A stretch of DNA of 64,000 bases. Origin: Octopus vulgaris (lineage: Eukaryota). Shown here piece after piece: positions 52,418 through 64,000 of this stretch. The notes under the pieces are model-generated. The model made no database searches and was not told the origin of the DNA. It was given only the letters and a program-made list of their open reading frames with translations. The stretch covers positions 25,420,001 to 25,484,000 of the forward strand of contig OX597826.1 of assembly GCA_951406725.2 (NCBI GenBank), in the 5' to 3' direction. The position numbers and the translations under genes are program-made. How positions within the stretch are numbered: position 1 is the stretch's first letter; each line of letters opens with the position of its first letter.

Positions 52418-53814
52418 CCCTGCTCATTTTTTTAAACATCATAACAGTTTAGCGGGAACCGATCCATTGAAACTAAAAATTGTATTATTCAACAACTAAT
52501 GTAAAGATATTATTGTATTAGTTCAAGAGCAGTTTTAGACACTAATGTTGATTCCTGAAGATCAAAAGAACTGCAAATGTCATATTCTCTTCACATAGAC
52601 ATCACTACAGTATAATTCAAATCTGTTTCTTGCTGTAGGAAAAGTTTGTTTGATGGATCTTTTTCATGTTTCCAATCATGATAACTTGGCGCGGGCGTGG
52701 CTGTGTGGTAAGAGTCTTGCTTTCCAATCAATTCGTGACACCGTGGGCAAGTACCTTCTACTATAGCCTCGGCCAATCAAAGCCTTGTGAGTGGATTTGG
52801 CACTGATAAACTAATTCAAAGATTATGAAGTAGCTTGTTCCTTTTTGAAAATAAAAATAAATTAACCTCCAGAAATATAATACCTCATTGCATAATAATC
52901 ATAGAGGTCGCTGTGTGTGTGTGTGTGTGGGGGGATACTGAGTAAAGGTTGAAAATGCATAAACATTTTGATTTGCATTCATATATATTTTCTGTGCAAT
53001 TAAAACAAATTAAATTTTTAAATATAAGTAGAGAATAGTTGTATTCTATGCGTTTATATGTATGAAAAATAAAAATATTCAGAAACGTTTTCGTATTATA
53101 GTTCAACTGAAAATGTATTGGTATACGTATTTTTAAGGTGAGTTTGATATATATAATATATATAAACATACATAACGTGAGAAGGATGGAAGGAAGAAAT
53201 GAAGGAAGGGAAAATGGGGGTGTCACATGTTGCGTCGAGTCTTTTGTATAGAAAAAATGTTTTAGCGTATACATTTTTGTATATGTTTTACGGCTAAAAG
53301 GTTTTCTTTTGGGAATAGGTAAAAAATCATATGTAACTGACCTGGATCCGGTTTCCAGGGTATCAGCTTTGCAATGTTTTGTGGTATCTTTCCCTATTTA
53401 AAACCACACACACACACACACACAAATGTGTGTGTTTATATCTGTATATAAGTGTAAATATGTGTGTCTATCGGTCTGTCGGCTGATACTTGCAGACGCC
53501 ATATTGTCTGAAAATATCAGCCAATAGAATCAATTGTCTGCAAGTATCAGCCAATCAATTCTACACCCACCGATTGTGACACTCTACTTCCACAACGGTT
53601 GCATATGTCAACCCCCCCACCGCTTCCAAAAAAAGCGCTTGATCGCGTACCACGAGACATGCTGTAAAGCGTTCTGTAGGATTTTGTGAATAATGGGCAA
53701 CTTCTGGCTACCGTGAAATCCTCTACAAATACCCAAATGTTTGAGCTCGGATAAATGGTGCTTAATGGAAATCTTTCAAATTGGGTAAGGAGTACGCATT
53801 GTCCACTTTTAGTG

Positions 53815-53980
53815 GAAACAATGGCCCAGTGGTTAGGGCAGCGGACTTGCGGTCGGAGGATCGCGGTTTCGATTCCCAGACCGGGCGTTGTGTGTGTTTA
53901 TTGAGCGAAAACACCTAAAAGCTCCACGAGGCTCCGGCAGGGGATGGTGGTGATCCCTGCTGTACTCTTTCACCACTCTA
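53815..53980 (+). mobile_element. SINE family C (5' part)
   Basis: tggcccagtggttagggcagcgg..ggtttcgattccc; homologous to 458-630. Confidence 0.78.
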
Positions 53981-54023
53981 AAGGCGGTGCTCCAGCATGG
54001 CCGCGGTCGAATGACTGAAACAA

Positions 54024-54073
<50 letters not shown>

Positions 54074-54185
54074 AATGGCGGTGCCCCAGCATGGCCACAG
54101 CTCATTAGCTGAAACTGGAAAAATCAAAAAAAAAAAAAAATCAAAATATATATAGAGAGAGAGAGAACAAAGAGTACGTACGCCG

Positions 54186-54235
<50 letters not shown>

Positions 54236-54338
54236 CAGAATGGGACAAGAACGCAAATCATCCGGACAGCTAGGTTATACAAAAAGGGACAACAAGACAT
54301 CCAGATAGACGATACAAAGAAAACAAAGAAGTTTTCTT

Positions 54339-54411
54339 TCTTCAGTCAAGCACCAGGTTATCCTCGCAATTTCGGCTGATTATTCTTGAGATTGCTCCAA
54401 TCTGACCAGCC
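54339..54411 (-). ncRNA. Permuted (CUGANGA-last) hammerhead, copy 4, in element ~54230-54512
   Basis: Minus strand ggctg / tcagatt / gcaaT-C / tcaag / cagcc-GAA-Attgc / aacctgg / cttga-CTGAAGA. Confidence 0.72.
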
Positions 54412-55566
54412 CCAAGGAAAAACTAAGCTAAGAGCATTAGATTCCTTGGAAGAAAAGCAGCGAATGTATACAAAAATAAGGGCGGAAAAAACGGACAATA
54501 TTACACAAATGCTAGGGGTTTTCCGTCATGGCCGAAGAACCCTCAAATCCCTTTCCTGTTTATACAATCGAATGCTTTACCGAAATCATTAGGGCTGAGA
54601 AAGAAAGGAGGCATCCATTTACAAAGACACACCTCATAGTCAGTCAAAATTTAAGATATTTAAAAATTGTGAACCTCGCAGCAGGTCGTGAGTTTGATCT
54701 TCCCCAGAACCTGTCATTATTCAATGGAGGTGCCCCAGTAAGACCACAATCTTTGGGCTGGAATACATAAAAGAATAAACGAATAGAGGCCTTTGGAGCA
54801 AATCCAAGTAGGAAAGGATTGATCAGCAAGAGAAGACAAGATATACATTAAAGAGATCGAGAGAATGTCTGGCAGAGCGAGACTTTGATTAGAAACCAGA
54901 GTTGAAGAAAATACATTGTTAGCTCCAGAATGATTCTGTTGAGCATGAAACACTTAGCAATGACTGACTGAATGACCGGTTCCTTACATACAAACACGCA
55001 CAGTCACAAATATATCGTTAATGAATGGATACATGACCTCGTATGCTATATTTTGATATGTCTAACTGATCGGAAATTAATAAGAGCCGTGATCAAGTTT
55101 AGTGTTAATTTAAATAAATTGAAAGAATGAGGCACTAAAAAGACAGTCTCTTAAAATATATAGCATTATTGCTATCTTTCTGATAGACTGTAATGAGTCA
55201 TCATCATTCGGTGTGTGCGTGGTGTGTGTATGTATCCATCATTTTCTGTTAAAATGTCTTATTGACGAGTTTCATTTCTTCATTTCCTTGTAGAGAAGAT
55301 TACATTGTTTTACACCATTTTATTCCTTTGGAATAATACCATTGATATTTTCGAAACATGTGTCGGAAGTAAAGAATTTGAATAATACCTGCGTTTAACT
55401 CCATTTATTTATTTATATATATTATACAAAATATTTCATGTAAACCCGAAGTTTCTACCTTTAAAAACAAGAAGTTACAACTTTTTTACTTGTGTGACTT
55501 TTTGCTACCCTGGTAACTATTTATATATATTTTCCGTGTTAATTGTTAAGAAGGGAAAATACACAC

Positions 55567-55752
<186 letters not shown>

Positions 55753-55863
55753 TTGTAATTGTGTACCATGTTATCCGTATTTTGTCTTTGTTATCTTTGT
55801 TGTTGTACGCATTCGCTAGCTTTCTTACAAAAAATCTAATGATCTTAGCTTAGACTTTTTGGG

Positions 55864-55935
55864 GGGCAACCAAATCGAACTGCCTCAAGTGTAACTGTCC
55901 GAAACTGTAAGGGCATCTGGTAATTTGACTGAGGA
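55864..55935 (+). ncRNA. Permuted hammerhead, copy 5 (degenerate), in element ~55755-56075
   Basis: gggca / ccaaat / tcaagt / tgtcc-GAAActgt / atctgg / atttga-CTGAGGA; helix III and cleavage triplet mutated. Confidence 0.55.
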
Positions 55936-56127
55936 AAGAAGGCCACGAATAACCCGTCTTCTTTTCGCTGTGCCTCTAATTTTTGTTTCTCCTGTCCGCC
56001 TTTGTATCGTCTATCTGTCCGAATGCATTATTGTCTTCTATTGCGTTTTTGTTCCATTTTTTTATATTAATATATACCTATAGTGGCGCACGTACACACA
56101 TGTACTCACCCTATATATACATATACA

Positions 56128-56194
<67 letters not shown>

Positions 56195-56676
56195 ACATAC
56201 ATAATACATATATATATACATACATACATACATACATACATACATACATACATACATACATACGGCTCAGTGGTTTAGGTGTTCAGTTTATGACTATCAG
56301 ATTGTAGGTTCATTTCCCTGGTCGATGGTATGTTTTTATCCCTGACGAAAGCATTACATTTCACGTTGCTCCAGTCTACTCAACTGCAAAAGGCCACCAC
56401 CCTGGTACTCAGGCTGTTAGCACACCCCAATATATCTCTGGGTGAAAGGTGATGGAAGGATGGGGGGCGGAGGGAGGGAGGGTAAGGGAGGGAGTCTGTA
56501 TGTGTTTGTGTGTGCACGGGTACCTAACAGGACTAACTGAAAGGATTGATACGTGTCACTGGGCCATACTTTCTCGTAAGTGATTGTAGGCCGAACTTTA
56601 CTTTTAATATATGCCTTGATGAAAAGATAAGCATGTCTGTGTATATATATGTCAAACACACACATACACATCCGCA

Positions 56677-56733
<57 letters not shown>

Positions 56734-57082
56734 CATGCACATTTATTTATATCCGTATATATGGGTATGTTAATATATCTATGTATACTTACATGTATGT
56801 GTGTGCGTCTCTTTCTATATGTATGTATGTATACACGTATACATACATACATTTATGTGTGTGTGAATATATATATATATATAGACACACACACTTATAT
56901 ACATACATATGAACCCCTACATATAATATATATATACACACGCTCACCTACAAACGTACACTCACACAATCATTAAGAATTATTGACAAACGTATTAATG
57001 CATAATAACGGTTATATAATTGGATCAATGACTAGCCCTAACATCCATCAGTCCATCTATCTATCTATCTATCTATCTATGA

Positions 57083-57142
<60 letters not shown>

Positions 57143-57412
57143 GTAGTGACATACAACCATGTTTGTTCGGTCGTACTTTCTTTAAACACATAACTACATA
57201 AAACATGTGCGCACACACACACACACACACACACACAGCAGCTGCCGCAACAGGCAGATGTACAATCATCCGTAGCAACAACAACTATAACAACAACAAC
57301 AATAATAATAATATAAGCGACACTGTGTGTAATATGATCAGCAGCGCACGGTGGCAGCAACAATTATATCATCGTCATAAATATCGTTGTCAACTTGATG
57401 ATGATGATGATG

Positions 57413-57444
<32 letters not shown>

Positions 57445-57939
57445 TATCATCAGCAAAATACTCATCATCATAGTCATAACCACCACCACCACCACCACCA
57501 CCACCACCACTGCCGCCGCCTCCATCACCATCCCAGCGCCACCGCCGCCGCCACCACCACCATTACCACCCGCACCTTATTGCTTATAGTTTAATTGTCG
57601 TTAATGATAGCGGTAATCTCTTCCTCAGCTGACGCGCACGCACATCACCATCATCATCTTCGGCAATAACATCAGCAGCAACAACAGCAACACACGTTAA
57701 CCTCAACGCTGTCGCTGGACCTGCTAGAAAGAGCAGCTTAATTCCTCTCATGTTGCTTCCTGATTGTGTTAAATAATTTTTTCCAATATAACCACAAGTC
57801 CAGAAATGTTGTGAGGAGGAGTTTAGCCGATTAAATCAATCACAATATGTAACCGATACTTTATTTACCTCGGAGGGATGAAAAAGCAAGATTGGAATCA
57901 GCGCGATTTGAACTCTGTACGCAATATTAGATCAGATAT

Positions 57940-58300
57940 GGGGGTGCCTGCACCATTGCAGCGCTTCTGTATTTACCGTTTGTCAGTATCTTCCTAGGTC
58001 CTTCTGGCCAGTCCCAGTCATTACCCATTTCCGCGAGTTATCTCCTCATCTGCCGTGACCACGTGGTATGTGGTCAACCAACACGAGCCATCAACCCAAA
58101 CGCATCTTTAGATAAGCAGAGTCTAACTTGAAAAACCGAGCAACATGGTCAGACTGTCAGAGCTGGTGCTCCCAAATCATGCAAGTAACAGGACGCATCT
58201 CAGTTTCTGTGCAGAGTGCTCATTTGGATACGAAATCCGACCAATGGCAACCCGTCATTCTGAGAATTGTCCTGGTTCCAAAGGAGTTCAGACGACCCCT
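57940..58300 (-). pseudogene. Old RTE-like LINE C-terminal fragment
   Basis: RLNSFGTRTILRMTGCHWSDFVSK*..TETEMRPVTCMIWEHQL*QSDHVAR. Confidence 0.65.
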
Positions 58301-59924
58301 AAGGGCCCCAGACAGTAATATGAAAGTAATAAAATATATAAATGTGCCCTTTTAAAGCCTAGTCAGGCCCATGGGCCTGGTTTCCATGGCGTATGTGTTT
58401 CCATGCTGGATGGGACGCCAGTCCATCGCAGTGTTACTCATTTTTACCAGCTGAGTGGTCTGGAGCAACGTGAAATGAAGCGTTTTGCACAAGAACACAA
58501 CGCGTTGCCCGGTCCAGGAATCGAAACCACAATCTTGCGATCATGATGCTGACATCCTAACCACTAAGCCACGCGCCTCCACAAATGTGAGCGTAATGTG
58601 CTGTAATTAAAAACCGCAGGGAATTTTTGTACCGATGCTATGACGGTTGTACGAATCTTTTAACTTGAATGATCCAATAGATAATGTAGTCTAACCAGAA
58701 TCTCTTAAGAGGGCGAGATAGATGCCTTTAGTCGAAGGTCTACTCATTGAGAGTGAACCTAGGGTTAAACATTGACAACAACCATACCATAACAACAACA
58801 ATAACAACAGCAGACACAGCAATTTAGCGAGGATTTGCGAAATCGGCCTTGGGCCTAGGGCATGTCACGCCCGGGGCAGCCCTTAAGTTTTTTGCCTCAC
58901 CGAACCCGCCGGTCTATACAGGCATATACAGCAGACCCAAAAGTGACACCCCCGGAAAAGCGTTGTCGGAGGTAGACCACTCCTTCTCCTACAATTCAGC
59001 TACGCAACTGGCCTTGGGCGGTTACGTTCAGGGTTCGAAGCTTGCCGAGGTGGATTTTACACTTCATGTTTTTGGAGTTAATTAAGATAAATTACAGGTC
59101 AAGTACTGGGGTGGGGAGGAGAGGGTAGAGTGGGGACAGTGGTGTGATGTTATTGACTAACTCCTCCTCCCCTTATCACCGAATTTCTGGCCTTGTGCCT
59201 ATGTTAAATGCAATTATTAAGGGTGGTGGGCTGGCGGAATCATAAGCGCGTCGGACAAAATATAGTCTATAACCCCTTCTCAAGTCATATACGAGACTCA
59301 TAGGGCTGGTTTCCCGGTTTTTATGATGTATATAATTCCCACCTGGACGGAACTCCGGTCCGTCGTTGGATTACTTATTTTTGCCGGCTGAGAGGACTGG
59401 TGCAACGTGAAATGAAGGGTTTTGCTCAAAACCGGTGTTTGCATTGACCAGTCCAGGAATCGAAACTAAAATCTCGCGACCACGAGTGTAACACCCTAAC
59501 CACTAAGTCACACACCTCCATTCTTTAGACAAAAATGCCTTGCAATATTTTTTCTGGCAAAGGTGGCGAGCTGGCAGAATTATTAGCACGCCGACCAAAT
59601 GCTTGGCGGCATTTCGTCCGTCTGAGCTCTTATTCCGTCGAGGTCGACTTTGCCTTGCATCCTTTCGTGGTTGATAAAATAAGTACCAGTTAAATATTGG
59701 AGTCGACCTAATCGACTGCTCCCCCCTAAAATTGCTGGCCTTGAGCCAAAATTTGAAATCCATATTTCTTCTGGCTCTTTATGTTTTAAGTTCAAATCTC
59801 GCCGATGTCAAATTTGCGTTTTATCCCTCCAGGGTCTGTGAAGTAATGTACCTAGATTAGTGTCTAAACAACGAGAGCAACAACAATAAATAAGAATACT
59901 GACAACAGCAAAAACAACAACAAT

Positions 59925-60136
59925 ACTCTTTTACTTGTTTCAGTCATTTGACTGCAGCCATGCTGGAGCACAGCCTTTAGTCGAGCAAATCGACCCCAGG
60001 ACTTATTCTTTGTAAGCTTAGTACTTATTCTATCGGTGTCTTTTGCTGAACCGCTAAGTTACGGGAGCGTAAACACACCAGCATCGGTTGTCAAGCGATG
60101 TTGGAGGGACAAACAGACACACAAACATATACACAA

Positions 60137-60177
<41 letters not shown>

Positions 60178-60340
60178 TATACGACGGGCTTTTTTCAATT
60201 TCCGTCTACAAAATCCACTCACAAGGCTTTGGTCGACCCGAGGCTATAGTAGAAGACACTTGCCCAAGGTGCCACACAATAGGACTGAACCTGGAACTAT
60301 GTGGTTCGTAAGCAAGCTACTTACCACACAGCCACTCCTG
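59925..60340 (-). mobile_element. SINE family A, full length
   Basis: Matches family consensus. Confidence 0.88.
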
Positions 60341-60379
60341 CAAAACGTCAACAACAACGATGTCTGCAGAATAATCCTT

Positions 60380-60768
60380 TCTACTGGAAGGAAACACAAG
60401 GCCTCAGATTTTGGGGAAAGGATTAAGTCGATTCCATCGACCCCAGTGTGTAACTGGTACTTATTTGCGACCCCGAAAAGATGAAAAGCAAAGTCGATCT
60501 CAGCGGAATTTGAACTCAGAACGTAACGGCAGACGAAATACCTATTTCTTTACTACCCACAAGGGGCTAAACACAGAAGGGACAAACAAGGACAGACAAA
60601 CGGATTAAGTCGATTACATCGACACCAGTGCGTAACTGGTACTTAATTTATCGACCCGAAAGGATGAAAGGCAAAGTCGACCTCGGCGGAATTTGAACTC
60701 AGAACGTAACGGCAGACGAAATGCCGCTAAGCATTTCGCCCGGCGTGCTAACGGTTCTACCAGCTCGC
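60380..60768 (-). mobile_element. SINE family B, nested or tandem pair
   Basis: Two gaatttgaactcagaacgtaacggcagacgaaat units. Confidence 0.8.
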
Positions 60769-60860
60769 AATCTTTGTCTGCAGAATAATAATAACAAAAA
60801 CTGTAAGTGATGACAGCGATCCTAACAACAACCGCTGACATTTGTATACACGACATCATT

Positions 60861-60909
<49 letters not shown>

Positions 60910-61304
60910 CCACCACCATCACCATCATCATCATGAGCAGCAGCAGCAGCAGCGGAGCACCATCGTCATCGCCGTCCACTTCATCTTCCTTCTCATCGTC
61001 TGCTTCATCATCATCATATTCACCACCATCGTCGTCGTCGCGGTCAGCATCTTCATCAGCATCATCGTCATCGTGATCGTGGTCGTTGTCATCATTATCA
61101 TCGTCATCATCGCCATCACGCCATCATCAACGTCGTCATCTTCATTATCAATGGCACCAGTATCGTCGTCATCACCATCATATGAGCCAAAGTGGTGCCA
61201 CTAACAGGCAGACGCTCTATGTGCTAGAAGCAGTAGCCAAATCTCCCTCGGATTGCATCGTACCACTTAAGACAAAAAAAAAATGCGACAAAGAAATCAA
61301 AGGA

Positions 61305-61466
61305 ACAGGAGTGGCTGTGTGGTAAGTAGCTTGCTTACCAACCACATTGTTCCGGGTTCAGTCCCACTGTGTGGCACCTTGGGCAAGTGTCTTCTACTAT
61401 AGCCTCGGGCCGACCAAAGCCTTGTGAGTGGATTTGGTAGACGGAAACTGAAAGAAGCCCATCGTA

Positions 61467-61533
<67 letters not shown>

Positions 61534-61745
61534 ATATATGTTTGTGTGTCTGTGTTTGTTCCCCCAACATCGCTTGACAACCGATGCTGGTGTGTTTACG
61601 TCCCCGTAACTTAGCGGTTCGGCAAAAGACACCGATAGAATAAGTACTAGGCTTACAAAGAATAAGTCCTGGGGGTCGATTTGCTCGACTAAAAGGCGGT
61701 GCTCCAGCATGGCCGCAATAAAATGACTGAAACAAGTGAAAGAGA
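61305..61745 (+). mobile_element. SINE family A, full length
   Basis: Matches family consensus; inverted relative to 59925-60340. Confidence 0.88.
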
Positions 61746-61869
61746 GAAAGAGAGATAAAGAGAGGAACGGAAAGGGCAAAGATAATGCAGCCTGGCAACA
61801 CTTAAAACAAACTGTCGAGATGGTCATGACTGGAATAAGCCATGTCCGTTTAGGATTGCTACGGAGCTA

Positions 61870-62093
61870 AAGAACAACAACAACGGCAACAACAACTGGG
61901 AAAACCACATCGACCGCCGTAACGACGTAAAGAATTACATATGCATCATCATCATCGACAACAGAAGCAGACACATCAGTAGTAGTAGTAGTAGTATTGG
62001 TGCGGGTGCTAGCATTAGCACTATCATCATCATCATCATCATCATCATCATCGTCATCAATAATAATACCAAGAATCACAATAATAACGGCGG

Positions 62094-62144
<51 letters not shown>

Positions 62145-62267
62145 AGCTAATATCGATAGCGGCAGTAGTAACAAATATGAGCAGCAGCAGCAACAGCAGC
62201 AGTAACAACAACATTGATAGCAGAAGTAGTAGCAACAACAATAGCGGCTGCAGCATTGGTAGTAGTC

Positions 62268-62301
<34 letters not shown>

Positions 62302-63251
62302 CAGCAGCAGCAGCAGCAGCAGCAGCAGCTGTAGCACGAAGACGACGACGACGACGACGACGACCACCACTACCACAACTAACAGGAGAATGAGTTGTAA
62401 GGTCAACAACCGCAAAACCTGAAATATTAGCGAAAAGGAAGGAAGAACAGCTACAGCAGCAGAAGCTGCAATAACAGATGCAGCAGCAGCAGATGTAATC
62501 GTGGCGGTATTTGCAGTATCTGCAGCAAGGGAAAACAACGGCAGCAACAACAGCAACAGCAGCATTAATGAAAGCGAAGACACAGTAGTAATGACGTAAC
62601 TAATCTGACAATTAATAGCAAAGGACAAAAGTTGCAGCAACGGTGAATAAACAGCTGCAGTTACACGAGAAACCAATTGCAACAACAGTGCATAACTACA
62701 GCATCAGTTGCACAAGGAGCTGCAGCACAAGGAGCTTCAGCAGCAAAACCCAACTGTTGCAGCAGCTCACACCAGTTGCACCGTCATCAGCAGCGCACAC
62801 CAGTCGCATTATCTTCAGCAGCAGCACCCAGCCGTTGCATCATCGTCACCAGCAGCACGTAACTGTTGCATTATCTTCATCAGCAGCACCCATCAGTTGC
62901 ATCATCGTCACCAGCAGCATGTAGCAATTTCCATCATCTTCATCAGCAGCATCCAGATATTGCAACAACAGTAGCACGAACTTTTGCAGCTGTACCCTAT
63001 GTCGTATGTGGTTCATAACTGCGCGCAACAGCTGCATACGACTACAACAGTCTTATACATACAACTGTTGCAACATCAGCGGCAGCACACTGCAGTAACG
63101 GCAGCGGTGGTGTAAAACAATTTCGACAATGTCGGACTGGATAACAATTGCAGCAATTGCACACAAGAGTTGCGTTGCAGTAACTGCAATAAAATAAACG
63201 ATAACTGAAACAGCAACATGAATGAATGTAATGTTAACGGCCATTCATCTA

Positions 63252-63284
<33 letters not shown>

Positions 63285-63310
63285 CAACTGCAGCAGTAGT
63301 AATATCTGCT
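61870..63310. repeat. Mixed trinucleotide low-complexity region (CAG/CAT/TAG/GAC) with ~28/57-bp tandem units at 62760-62960
   Basis: Directly visible. Confidence 0.85.
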
Positions 63311-63416
63311 GCAACATGAAAGTAGATTTTCCTGATATGACCAGTTTTGGACAGCAAATGAATAAAATAGGAAAAAAACAAAAGAAAATTTTAACGTAAT
63401 CTTTTTGGAAATAATA

Positions 63417-63578
63417 GGCGTAGGAGTGGCTGTGTGGTAAGTAGCTTGCTTACCAACCACATGGTTCCGAGTCCAGTCCCACTGCGTGGCACCTTGGGCA
63501 AATGTATTCTACTATAGCATCGGGCCAACCAAAGCCTTGTGAGTGGATTTGGTAGACGGAAACTGAAAGAAGCCCGTC

Positions 63579-63661
<83 letters not shown>

Positions 63662-63905
63662 TACATACACACACACACACACATATATATATGTGTGTGT
63701 GTGTATAAGTTTGTATGTCTATGTTTGTCCCCCCAACATCGCTTGACAACCGATGCTGGTATGTTTACGTCCCCGTTCGGCAAAAGAGACCGATAGAATA
63801 AGTACTAGGCTTACAAAGAATAAGTCCTGGAGTCGATTTGCTCGACCAAAGACGGTGTTCCGGCATGGCCACAGTCAAAATGACTGAAACGAGTAAAAGA
63901 ATAAA
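63417..63905 (+). mobile_element. SINE family A, full length
   Basis: Matches family consensus. Confidence 0.88.
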
Positions 63906-64000
63906 AAAAGTATAATAATCAAATAAATCGATCGAAGACTTATTCTTAAGCCTGGTATCTTGGTACCTACTTTATCGTTTTTCTTTTGCCGAACCGCGTA

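Noticed and set aside
61867-62974. Poly-Leu/Ala/Ser/Gln ORFs
   Set aside because: Mixed trinucleotide repeats with no domain or splice evidence

Overview
AT-rich, repeat-dominated eukaryotic DNA. The SINE, LINE and microsatellite landscape suggests an octopus or other coleoid cephalopod; this is inference, no database was searched. Only one host coding segment is supportable: the first coding exon of a Goliath/RNF130/RNF150-type PA-domain RING E3 ligase (minus strand, 21115-20497), followed by an intron of apparently more than 20 kb. The rest is transposon-derived: a decayed RTE LINE, a Buster-type hAT, a near-complete pogo/Tigger, a mariner remnant, a MITE with a 9-bp target duplication and telomeric repeats, R4/Dong-like endonuclease fragments in (CATA)n, at least four tRNA-headed SINE families, and kilobase (TA)n arrays. 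Almost all ORFs in the track are microsatellite artefacts. The main hidden signal is RNA structure. About 15 hammerhead-ribozyme motifs sit in small non-coding, Penelope-like elements embedded mostly in (TA)n. Five divergent copies form a non-circularly permuted hammerhead with CUGANGA last, supported by covariation in four helices. Others are minimal palindromic-helix-III hammerheads with C3:G8, G3:C8 and U3:A8 cores, a tRNA-headed hammerhead element with a 10-bp target duplication, and a hammerhead with a ~240-nt loop II. All folds were derived by eye and none has been tested for cleavage.
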